Origin: Bacteroidales bacterium
GTDB lineage: Bacteria > Bacteroidota > Bacteroidia > Bacteroidales > Marinilabiliaceae
Length of the DNA stretch: 52,480 nucleotides
NCBI GenBank assembly: GCA_022361295.1
Contig: JAKSBD010000732.1
Coordinates: 1 to 52,480, forward strand
Direction of reading: 5' to 3'
The position numbers and the translations under genes are program-made. Shown here in pieces: positions 40,697 to 50,267 of the stretch. Position 1 is the first letter of the stretch. Each line of letters starts with the position of its first letter. Under the pieces are notes generated by a model. That model was given only the letters and a program-made list of their open reading frames with translations. It ran no database searches and had not been told where the DNA came from.

Positions 40697-40714
40697 TCCC
40701 AAAATAGCTTCTCT

Positions 40715-41008
40715 TTATAGCTCTTTAATTATACCATTAGCAACAGCTTTCTTTAAGAATTGTTCCAAATCCTTTTCAGCTGTTTGTTTATCTACTTCGA
40801 ATTCATTCAAAATCAACTCAATAATTTCCCCTGTTGATTTCTCCGAATTCATGTTATTATATATAAAAGAACCAATTTCATTAAGCGAGAATACCTTCTC
40901 CATTTGCGCAACTGTTCCAACAAGAGGTACAACTACCGTTTCGTTTCCCACAGTTTTTTCAACAAAGCCAGTTTGCTTTATATACAGCTTACTTCTCACT
41001 AATTTCAT
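40715..41008 (-). CDS. PqqD family protein (stand-alone RiPP recognition element)
   Basis: 97 aa; VG.E.VVVP, FSLNEIGSFIY, EFEVD...AEKDL.QFL. Confidence 0.92.
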   Translation of the reverse strand: MKLVRSKLYIKQTGFVEKTVGNETVVVPLVGTVAQMEKVFSLNEIGSFIYNNMNSEKSTGEIIELILNEFEVDKQTAEKDLEQFLKKAVANGIIKEL

Positions 41009-41020
41009 TTAAAACTTTGG

Positions 41021-41028
41021 CAAAAATA
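41021..41028 (-). promoter_or_regulatory. -7 promoter element for the PqqD cassette
   Basis: Minus strand TATTTTTG, 12 nt before the ATG. Confidence 0.55.
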
Positions 41029-41133
41029 TAAAAAAACATATTTCAAGCACTTAATTGGGCTAAAAGAAATGATTAATTTGACTAATGACTGAATTCTTTG
41101 TTTAAAAATTCAATTTCTTTTATCCTTTTTATC

Positions 41134-42153
41134 TTAGAACTCTGTACGGGCAAACGGTGCTGCATCCTGCCCAATGAATTCTTTTTTTAAGTACTTATGA
41201 TAGCCATTGATAGCTATCATTGCCGCATTATCTGTGGTGTACGAAAATTTTGGTATAAAGGTTTTCCAATTTTTCTCTTCAGCCAGCTCCGTTAATCGGT
41301 TTCTTAATCCGGAGTTAGCAGAAACACCACCGGCAAGTGCAACCTGAGTAATACCCGTATCCTTAGCTGCCTTAATCACTTTGTCCATCAATATATCGAT
41401 AATGGTCTTTTGTAACGAAGCACAGATATCTGCCTTGTTTTCTTCTATAAAATCCGGATTTTTCTTTAACTCATCTCTTAAGAAGTATAACACAGATGTT
41501 TTCAAACCGCTAAAACTATAGTCGTAATCTTTAATCTTCGGTTTACTAAACTTAAATGCATCAGGATTACCTTCTTTGGCCAGTTTATCAATGAGTGGTC
41601 CGCCAGGATAAGGTAAGCCCATTATTTTAGCACATTTGTCAAATGCTTCACCTGCAGCATCGTCAATGGTTTGACCAATAATCTCCATGTCAAGGTGATC
41701 ACGAACAACGATTATCTGACTATTACCACCCGAAACAAGTAAGCACAGGAATGGAAACGCAGGTTGATCTGTATCATTTTCATCCTCCTTTATAAAATGT
41801 GCCAGTACATGGGCATGCAGGTGGTTAATCTCTATTAAAGGTAAGTTGTTAGCCAGTGCAAAACCTTTTGCAAATGAAGTGCCAACAAGCAGTGAGCCCA
41901 TTAAACCCGGGCCACGGGTGAAAGCCACGGCGTCAATTTCGTTGCGATCAACTCCTGCATCTTTAATGGCCTTTTCAACTACAGGGATAATATTTTGCTG
42001 ATGTGCACGTGAAGCCAATTCAGGCACAACACCTCCGTAGGCTTTGTGAACGTCTTGATTAGCAACTATATTTGATAAAATAACATCATCTTTAAAAACC
42101 GCCGCTGAAGTATCATCACACGATGACTCTATTCCCAAAATAATCACACTCAT
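41134..42153 (-). CDS. tsaD: tRNA N6-adenosine threonylcarbamoyltransferase
   Basis: LGIESSCDDT, GGVVPELASRAH, HLHAH, GEAFDK, DNAAMI. Confidence 0.97.
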   Translation of the reverse strand: MSVIILGIESSCDDTSAAVFKDDVILSNIVANQDVHKAYGGVVPELASRAHQQNIIPVVEKAIKDAGVDRNEIDAVAFTRGPGLMGSLLVGTSFAKGFALANNLPLIEINHLHAHVLAHFIKEDENDTDQPAFPFLCLLVSGGNSQIIVVRDHLDMEIIGQTIDDAAGEAFDKCAKIMGLPYPGGPLIDKLAKEGNPDAFKFSKPKIKDYDYSFSGLKTSVLYFLRDELKKNPDFIEENKADICASLQKTIIDILMDKVIKAAKDTGITQVALAGGVSANSGLRNRLTELAEEKNWKTFIPKFSYTTDNAAMIAINGYHKYLKKEFIGQDAAPFARTEF

Positions 42154-42262
42154 AAAATTGTCAGATAGAATTATTCATATTCAAATCAAAATTCCCACCT
42201 TTTTCTTAATTTTGGTGAGTTAAAAACGGGGTAAAAGTATAAAAAAAAATATCAAAATAGGA

Positions 42263-45200
42263 TTGTATGTTTTGGGGGCACTAATTATAGTACCCCTAAT
42301 GTTATATTCTATATTATTGCTTCCTTCTGTTCAAACCTCTGTTGTTAGCTATATTACCAAAGAGCTCAGCGAAGATTTAGATACCGAAATTTCCATCAAA
42401 CGTGTTCATTTACGGCCATTTAAGACCTTGGTTTTGGATGAAGTAATAGTGTTTGATCAGCATGCTGATACGCTGTTAGCGATAAATCGAATTTCTGCTA
42501 ATATTGATTCTATCTATTTCAGAAGAAAAAGCTTGTATCTGAAGGATCTCCAAATTTCAGTTCCACAGATTAATGTGTCAAAAAAAGATTCGTTGTATAA
42601 CTTCTCGTTTCTTTTAGACGCGTTGCAACCGGGACAGAGAAAGAAAGATGATGACAATGCATGGAATATAAGTTTGAATAACCTTGGAATTGATGATGGA
42701 AAACTGAGTTACGATATCGATTCAGTGGGTACACATATGGAAGTCTCCAACCTCTTAATGCAAATCAATAATATTCATCAGGATAGTTTATGGCATTTTG
42801 GTTTGAGTGAGTTGTCATTTAAAAGTACAAATGGATTTAATGTTATAAAAGCAGAAGGGCAATTGAGTTTCAATAAGTCACATTTGACTTTTAGTCAGGG
42901 ACTGTTTGAAACACAAAATTCATCGTTGCAAATTGATTCCATCGATGTAGAGATGTTTCCTGATAAAGAAGGGATAGATAGGTTTGGGCAATTTTATTTA
43001 AATGTAGATCGCTCAATTGTTAATGATGATGACATCTCCTTTCTTACGGGAAAAACAATTAGGTTTCCTGAAATACGATTGTCGGGACTGGTAACCGGAA
43101 CAATCGACAATATAAGAGGTAGAGGTGTAAAGCTTCAGTTTGGGCCGCACTCCCAAATAAGCTCAAGTTTCGATATTGACGGACTACCTGATATAGATCA
43201 AACTTTTTTATACCTGAACGTGCGACATCTTAAAACGACGCCCGGTGATCTGGAGCGTCTCTTTTCAAGGGTGAAAGGACAAGCACTTCATTTGCCAAAT
43301 GCAATTCGAAACCTCGATCAAATTACCTATTCAGGTAGTTTTACCGGCTTCGTTACCGATATAGTGGCATATGGAGAGTTTAATACAGCTCTGGGTAAAA
43401 TTAATACAGATATCGGCTTGAAGATAGATGCCTCTGATAAACTGGTTTTTTCAGGTAACCTATCAACACAGCAATTTAACGTTGGCAAACTGGCAGGGGC
43501 TGAAGATCATATTGGTAACGTGTCAATGTCTGTCGCCATTAATGGTCACAGGCAATCGGCAGATAACTACAGTGCTTTTTTAAGTGGAGTGGTTGATACG
43601 ATTACAGTAAATAATTATGCATACAAAAACATCAGGCTTAACGGCTTGTTTGCCAATAATAAGTTTGATGGCGACTTTTTAATCGATGACCCAAACGGAC
43701 AGCTCGGCTTTAACGGGAAAATAGATTTATCAGGTGAAGTACCCAACTTTAGTTTTATAGCCCACCTGACCGAAATTAATCTTGATCAGCTGAATCTGTA
43801 TAAAAAACATACTAACGCTGTTTTAACTGCTGATATAGAAACTGAAATTTCAGGGAGTGAAATTAATGATATTGTCGGTTTTCTGAATGTTAGTAATCTA
43901 AACTATCAGTATGAAAAGGGTGAAGTCTCAATTGATTCGCTTTTGCTTATTTCTGTCAGGGAAGGAGAACGTAAACGAATTGTTCTTCAGTCAGATATTG
44001 CAGAAGGTGATTTGGTTGGAGTTTATAATTTCACCCACATTGGCAATATGCTGAAACAAAACCTTACCGACTTTCTCCCTGCATTAAAAACACAGGTCAA
44101 TATTAAGGAGAAGGATATAAAGGAAAATGATTTCACTTTTTCTTGTACGTTTAAAAGGATTTCAGACCTTGTTACCTTGCTTAATCCTGAAATTGAGGTT
44201 TCAGATAATGGGCTGTTGTTGGGAAATTATAATACAACAACCGGAGAAATTGATTTGGAGGCTGAGATTCAGTATCTGAATTATAAGGGAATCAGAGCAG
44301 TGCATCCCGAAATACATATATCTACAGATAATGATGATAAACTATCTGTAGTTTCGCGCTTAAAGGATTTAAATATCAATAACCTGGGTTCTTTTCAAAA
44401 TCTTAGTTTTCATCAAACAGCCTATAATGATACACTTAAGTTTAATGTATTCTGGAACAACTGGGATGAATATACCAATAGCGGATCTATTTTAACGACT
44501 ACTTCATTGAGATCGCGTGAAAATGGTTTATTTGCAACCACGCAACTATTACCTTCATATGTGATGGTTCATGATAGTCTTTGGGAAGTTCAGTCAACCA
44601 CCTTACATTATCACCCCGACGGCTTTTCAGTTAAAAACTTTCGGGTACATCGTGGAAATCAGGAGATTGGAATTAATGGTTTTGTGCACCGTCATGTAAA
44701 AGACGGTATGCGCGTTCATTTCCAGAATATTAATCTGTCCGATGTGATTGGTTACCAGGATATGAAGCAGGTTGAAGTGAAAGGCTTTCTTAATGGAACA
44801 CTTGATGTTCAACAGTTGTATACTTCGCCGGTGATAAGTGGAAATTTAAGTATAAACGATTTCAACTTTAACAATGATGCATTAGGTGATTTTGAAATTA
44901 TTGCCGATTATCTTCCTCAAGAGCACCAGATAGAGATTGAGTCCAATGTGACTAAAGGAAATAGTAAGCCTCTCGCGGGCGGCGGTCTAATTGACCTGGA
45001 GCAGCAACAGGTTAACTTAAATTATGACATTGACAGTCTTGAAATAGGCTTTCTGAATTTATACCTCAGTAAGGTTATGCAAAACCTGTCGGGTAATGCC
45101 AGTGGGAGATTATCTGTTGTTGGACCTTTGTCGGCGCCCGAGCTACTTGGGGCCCTAAATATTAATAAGGCCTTTTTTGATGTTAATCTTCTGCAAACCA

Positions 45201-46680
45201 CTTATTCAATAACAGACTCGGTTTTGTTTAAGCCAAACCTGATTGAATTTAAGGGAATACACCTTTCTGACCGAAATGGTAAGCAGGGTACTTTTGATGG
45301 TACAATCCAGCATCAGTCTTTCAGAAATATGCGGTATGATTTGCGATTAATCACTAATAATATGCTGGTTATGGATACTAAGTATACTGATAATCCGCTG
45401 TATTATGGTGAGGTTTATGCCGATGGAAATATGTCAGTAACCGGTACAACCAAGGATCTGGTGATAGACATTGGAGGTCGTACAATGGAGAATACGCAAT
45501 TTTTTATTCCTCTTACTGATGAAGAAAGTGCCGAAGAAAGCAGTTTTATTCGTTTTATTAATACCTCTAAAGAAGAAGGTGAAGACGGTGAGGATGTTAT
45601 GCAATCGGACGAGTATGAGATTGACTTAACCGGTATGACTGTGAGTATGGATCTGGATATAACGCCCGATGCCCGATGCCAGGTTATTTTTGATTCGAAA
45701 GTGGGTGACATTTTAAAGGGACAGGGAAATGGTAATCTGCAAATACAGATGGATAAAGAAGGTGGTATCGTGTTCTTCGGAGATTTTGATTTTGAAGATG
45801 GAGACTATATGTTTACCCTTCAAAATGTATTGAATAAGAAATTTGTGATTAACAGAGGTTCGTCCATACATTGGGATGGAAACCCATATGATGCCATTAT
45901 TGACCTGAATGCAACTTATAACCTGAAAACGAGCTTGCTTGATCTGACAGGTGATTTTTCAGAAGAAGCACAGAGAGAATACGGGCGAAGAATACCGGTG
46001 CATTGTAATATGTTATTAACAGATCGCCTGACACGACCTAATGTGAAGTTTGAAATAAAGACGCCGTCAACCCAGGATAATAACCAAAACATATTGATTC
46101 GTACATCAATACCGAAGAGGAGACCAATCGCCAGGTATTGTCACTGTTGGTGCTTAATAAATTCTATACTCAGGAAACAAGTACTGCCAATAGCGGTGTA
46201 ACATCAGGTAACAATGCCGCACTGGTTACCACTACCGAGATGTTATCCAATCAATTGAGTCATTGGTTGTCGCAAATCAGTCGCGATGTTGATATTGGTG
46301 TGAGTTACCGACCGGCCAGTGAGTTGAGTGATGATGAGGTTGAAGTGGCACTCTCGACACAAATGTTTAATAATCGCGTGGTTGTCAACGGCAACGTAGG
46401 ATACGGAAGGGATCAAACACGTCCGAGTAACCTTATTGGTGATTTTGACGTTGAGGTTAAACTGAATAACTCAGGAAGTATCAGGGCCAAAGCATATACA
46501 CGCACCAACAATGACCTTGTGTATTCAACCAATACATCGCCTACCACACAGGGTGTAGGTGTTTCGTTTAAAGAGGAATTTGATACTTTAGAAGAATTAA
46601 TGCACAAGTATTGGTTAAAGATTTCAGGCAAAAACAAAGACAAAGAAAAGAAGAGTACTTCCAAAGAGACTAAAGAATAA
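42263..46680 (+). pseudogene. tamB: TamB (translocation/assembly module) gene split by a -1 frameshift near 46090; may be a sequencing error
   Basis: 42263..46201 and 46138..46680 join into one ~1470-aa TamB-like protein; the second frame reads IDSYINTEEETNRQVLSLLVLNKF from 46093. Confidence 0.8.
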
Positions 46681-46793
46681 CTATTTTCGTTCTTATATAA
46701 TAAAGTGATTTGTCTATTTTAGTGCAGATTTTAAAGACAGGAATAAATTCTTGCTTAATTATTACGTAATACGATTGACTAAAAAATATTAAT

Positions 46794-47489
46794 ATGAATT
46801 TGTTTTTATTCATTCAGGCAAATGCCGAAGATCTTATTGCTGAAGAAATGGTAGAAGGTGCTGAAAAAAGCATGAATCTATTTGAAATGGCCAAAGCCGG
46901 AGGTATTATAATGCTTCCTTTGGTATTGTTATCTGTCATTGCTGTTTACATTTTCTTTGAGCGCTACATGGCTATTCGTCGGGCATCAAAAGAAGATGCC
47001 GGGTTTATGAATAAAATTAAAGATTACATTCACGAAGGAAAGATTGAATCGGCAATGGCACTTTGTCAGTCGCACGATTTTCCAATATCACGAATGATTG
47101 AAAAAGGAGTGACACGTATTGGTCGCCCTTTGAGTGATGTAAATACAGCTATTGAAAATGTTGGTAACCTCGAAATTTCGCGTCTCGAGAAAAGTTTACC
47201 TACCCTTGCAACTGTTGCAGGTGGCGCACCAATGATTGGTTTCCTTGGAACAGTAATTGGTATGGTAAAGGCCTTTTTTGATATGGCTAACGCAGGTAAT
47301 AATATTGATGTACAGTTATTGTCATCGGGTATTTATACAGCCATGGTAACAACCGTTACTGGTTTGGTGGTTGGTATCATCGCCTATTTCGCCTATAATA
47401 TTCTTGTTGCAAAGGTTGAAAAGGTCGTGTTTAAAATGGAAGCACGCACCATGGAATTTATGGATTTATTAAATGAACCAGCGCACTAA
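46794..47489 (+). CDS. exbB: MotA/TolQ/ExbB proton channel protein
   Basis: APMIGFLGTVIGM, AMVTTVTGL. Confidence 0.9.
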   Translation: MNLFLFIQANAEDLIAEEMVEGAEKSMNLFEMAKAGGIIMLPLVLLSVIAVYIFFERYMAIRRASKEDAGFMNKIKDYIHEGKIESAMALCQSHDFPISRMIEKGVTRIGRPLSDVNTAIENVGNLEISRLEKSLPTLATVAGGAPMIGFLGTVIGMVKAFFDMANAGNNIDVQLLSSGIYTAMVTTVTGLVVGIIAYFAYNILVAKVEKVVFKMEARTMEFMDLLNEPAH

Positions 47490-47491
47490 GC

Positions 47492-47881
47492 ATGGCTTTA
47501 AAGCGAAGAACAAAAATAAGCGCTGCCTTTAGTATGTCGTCTATGACCGACATTGTGTTTCTGTTGTTGATATTTTTTATGATTACATCAACAATGGTGC
47601 ATCCCAATGCCATTAAGTTACTGATACCTAAAAAGGCGACAAAAAAGGTAGTAGTCGAAAAATACCTGAATGTACGCGTTACATCATCAGGACGGTTTTA
47701 TGTTGAAGGTAAAAGAGTTGGTGACGAAGCCATTGAGTCAGGTTTGATTGCCGCTTTTAACCGAAATGATAAAACCATTGTAAAGCTTCGGACCGATAAA
47801 AACGCTTCAACAGGAAATGTGGCGCGGGTTTTGGATATAGCAGAGTCAAATGGTATTAAAGTAATATTAGACATTCGGTAA
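47492..47881 (+). CDS. exbD: ExbD/TolR family protein, copy 1
   Basis: MTDIVFLLLIFFM TM helix with the conserved Asp. Confidence 0.92.
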   Translation: MALKRRTKISAAFSMSSMTDIVFLLLIFFMITSTMVHPNAIKLLIPKKATKKVVVEKYLNVRVTSSGRFYVEGKRVGDEAIESGLIAAFNRNDKTIVKLRTDKNASTGNVARVLDIAESNGIKVILDIR

Positions 47882-48276
47882 TGGCACTAAAAAAGCGAAG
47901 TAAAATAGAAGCCGGTTTTAGTATGTCGTCCATGACTGACATTGTATTCTTATTGCTTATTTTCTTTATGATTACCTCTACATTGGTGACGCCGCAGGCT
48001 ATAAAAGACATGGTGTTGCCAAAGAGTGATCACCAGGTGTCGGCCAAACCCAATACAACGGTGTCTGTTACAGCAGATTTGCGCTATTTTGTAGAAGGTG
48101 AGCAGTTGCCTTTCTGGAAAATAGAACGACGCTTAAAGGAGATTATTGAAGTCAGTCCGGATACATACATTGCTTTACATGTGGATGAATCAGTGCCATT
48201 TTCAGTAGTGGGACGCATCCGCGATATTGCAATTCGAAATAAATATAAACTGATATTGGCCACTCAGGGAAAATAA
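47881..48276 (+). CDS. exbD: ExbD/TolR family protein, copy 2
   Basis: MTDIVFLLLIFFM; TAATG coupling with copy 1. Confidence 0.92.
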   Translation: MALKKRSKIEAGFSMSSMTDIVFLLLIFFMITSTLVTPQAIKDMVLPKSDHQVSAKPNTTVSVTADLRYFVEGEQLPFWKIERRLKEIIEVSPDTYIALHVDESVPFSVVGRIRDIAIRNKYKLILATQGK

Positions 48277-48279
48277 ACG

Positions 48280-49254
48280 ATGGAAGATAAGGATAAAAAA
48301 TACGGCATTATTGGGTCTGCAGTTTTTCATGTAGCTGTACTGTTATTGTTGATATTCTTTGGCTTATCAACTTTGCCACAGGAAGAAGAGGGTATACTGG
48401 TTAATTTTGGTGATACGGTATTGGGACAAGGAGAGGTTGAACCCAAGCAATCGCAGGCTAAACCCGTTGAGCAGCAAAATACACCACCGCCTCCTAAAGT
48501 AGAAAAACTACCTGAGCCTAAAACAGCAGAACCCGAACCTGAGGACGAGGTTAAAACTCAGGATTTTGATGAAGCGCCTGTTGTTAAATCGGCCGAACAA
48601 AAGAAAAAAGAACAGGAAGAGAAAGATCGTTTGGAAAAGGAGCGTCAGCAGCGCGAAGAACAAGAGCGTATTGAACGCGAAAAAGAAATAGAGCGACAAA
48701 AAGAACTGGAGCGCCAGCGCCAGATAGAAACAGAAAAAGAAGCACAACGTCAGAAAGAGCTGGCCGAACAACGAGCCCGTGAGGAAGCCGAGCGCAAGAA
48801 GAGAGAAGAGCAGGAGCGTCAGGCAGCAGAGGCCCGTAATCGTGTATCAGGCGCTTTTAGTGGAAAAGGTAGTGGAGAAAGCTCATCTGAAGGTGAAACC
48901 GGTGGTAGTGGTAACCAGGGTTATGTAACAGGCGATCCTAATTCGAAAAACAGAAGTGGCAGTGGATTGGGTGATTCCGGAAGTGGTTTTGATTTGCATG
49001 GCCGTTCATTAATAGGTAGTTTACCCAAGCCGCAGCATACATCCAATAAAGAAGGCATTGTTGTTATTAAAATTATAGTGGATAGGAATGGTAATGTGAC
49101 TTCTGCAGAGTTCCAGATGAAGGGATCCAATACACAGGATCGGGAGTTGGTGGCCAATGCCAAGGCAGCAGCCAAGCGTGCAAAATTTAACGCTGATAAA
49201 AACGCTAATGCCTATGCGCAAGGAACCATCACCTATCACTTCCAGCTGGATTAG
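48280..49254 (+). CDS. TonB/TolA family energy transducer
   Basis: TM with SxxxH, Pro-rich and E/K/R/Q helical linker, Gly/Ser segment, TonB C-domain (G.V.I.I.VDRNG.V). Confidence 0.85.
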   Translation: MEDKDKKYGIIGSAVFHVAVLLLLIFFGLSTLPQEEEGILVNFGDTVLGQGEVEPKQSQAKPVEQQNTPPPPKVEKLPEPKTAEPEPEDEVKTQDFDEAPVVKSAEQKKKEQEEKDRLEKERQQREEQERIEREKEIERQKELERQRQIETEKEAQRQKELAEQRAREEAERKKREEQERQAAEARNRVSGAFSGKGSGESSSEGETGGSGNQGYVTGDPNSKNRSGSGLGDSGSGFDLHGRSLIGSLPKPQHTSNKEGIVVIKIIVDRNGNVTSAEFQMKGSNTQDRELVANAKAAAKRAKFNADKNANAYAQGTITYHFQLD

Positions 49255-49360
49255 CACTCAGTTATTGAATTATATTTGACTGGTCATTTCCTTATTAGTT
49301 AAAGGAGTTATAGTCCTGATAGAGGGGAGGTTCATCACATTGCCGCGGATGAAGATAACT

Positions 49361-49600
49361 GCGTTACAATGCATGTCGCAGGCATTACAAAGCATTTTTA
49401 CACAGAATCATTGGCAGTCGCATGCCTTACAAAATATATTTGCAGTGCCTCATTGGCATGTGAAGGGCATGCATTGTATTTTTACATTAAAACATTTCGT
49501 TATACAGGAGTTACAATACGTTTCTGCACTGCATCATTGTCAGTTGTCTGTATTGCAATGCATAGTGACACTGCATCATTGTCAGTTGCAAGATTTACAA
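49361..49600. repeat. Degenerate 42-bp (2 x 21) tandem repeat, five full units plus partials
   Basis: Units start at 49382, 49424, 49466, 49508, 49550 and 49592; consensus about GnnTTACAA...CATTGnCAG. Confidence 0.75.
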
Positions 49601-49778
49601 CACACAAGGGCAACGCTCGAAAGAATTTCCTCTTAAAAAGAAACATCCATGATAAAAAGATAAGTGCTAAAAAGCACCTTAAAAGGCGTTATTATAAAAT
49701 ATATGTAAGCAGTTGGTTCCACTCCAATAGACACACTATTCAACAAGCACCCTGCCGGGTACCAAAAAGGGACCTTAT

Positions 49779-49813
49779 TCGGATCAACCTCGCTGCCAGC
49801 GAGGTTGATCCGA
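49779..49813. repeat. Perfect 17-bp inverted repeat with 1-nt centre
   Basis: TCGGATCAACCTCGCTG-C-CAGCGAGGTTGATCCGA. Confidence 0.92.
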
Positions 49814-49909
49814 GGCGGTACCGAAGAAATATCGAAGGAGTCCCAATGAATTACCGAAGGAGTCTCAATGAATTACCGAAGCAATATCTAAGAAAGTTCA
49901 AAGCAAAAG
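49811..49909 (+). repeat. 11-bp periodic CGAAG-type repeat, including a near-perfect 22-bp duplication
   Basis: CGAAGGAGTC(C/T)CAATGAATTAC twice at 49833-49876; nine 11-nt units in phase. Confidence 0.8.
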
Positions 49910-50267
49910 TATTTGTTACGAAGAATATTAAACCCGGATTATGTATTAGAATGTCGTCATGAACATTAAAAGTGCAATAAAACAAGGTTTCATCGAAGCG
50001 AGGCATAGCACCGTTCTGGTGAGTTGAGATGAAGCAACAAAGTGACTTGTTTTGACGTAATTTCAATGTGTAATAGATTTTCTAATGCATATTTCGGGTT
50101 AAAGTCAAATCAGGTGAAAATACTGAAAGATGGTCATTGAATACATGTTTAGAGAGGAAGAATAGATTTAATAGTTGGATAAACATGTTCTCTTCCAGCA
50201 ATGACCAATCGCCCGTTCAAGCATTTTTCACTTATCTATTTATTAGCATGTTTTGTGAGCAATTGTA

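Noticed and set aside
37235-41008. Canonical lasso peptide or PQQ biosynthesis cluster
   Set aside because: No asparagine-synthetase-like cyclase, B2 protease or pqqB/C/E; the peptide lacks a lasso-sized core and the PqqA ExxxY context
46138-46680. Independent 180-aa gene
   Set aside because: It is the TamB C-terminus; the frame stays TamB-like upstream of the TTG back to about 46093
48600-48840. Purine-rich repeat in tonB/tolA
   Set aside because: Explained by the E/K/R/Q charged helical linker normal for this family
49361-49909. CRISPR array
   Set aside because: Repeats are contiguous and degenerate with no unique spacers, and there are no cas genes in the window
49369-49962. 197-aa plus-strand ORF as a real gene
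   Set aside because: It runs through unrelated repeat elements, has atypical composition and no recognisable motif
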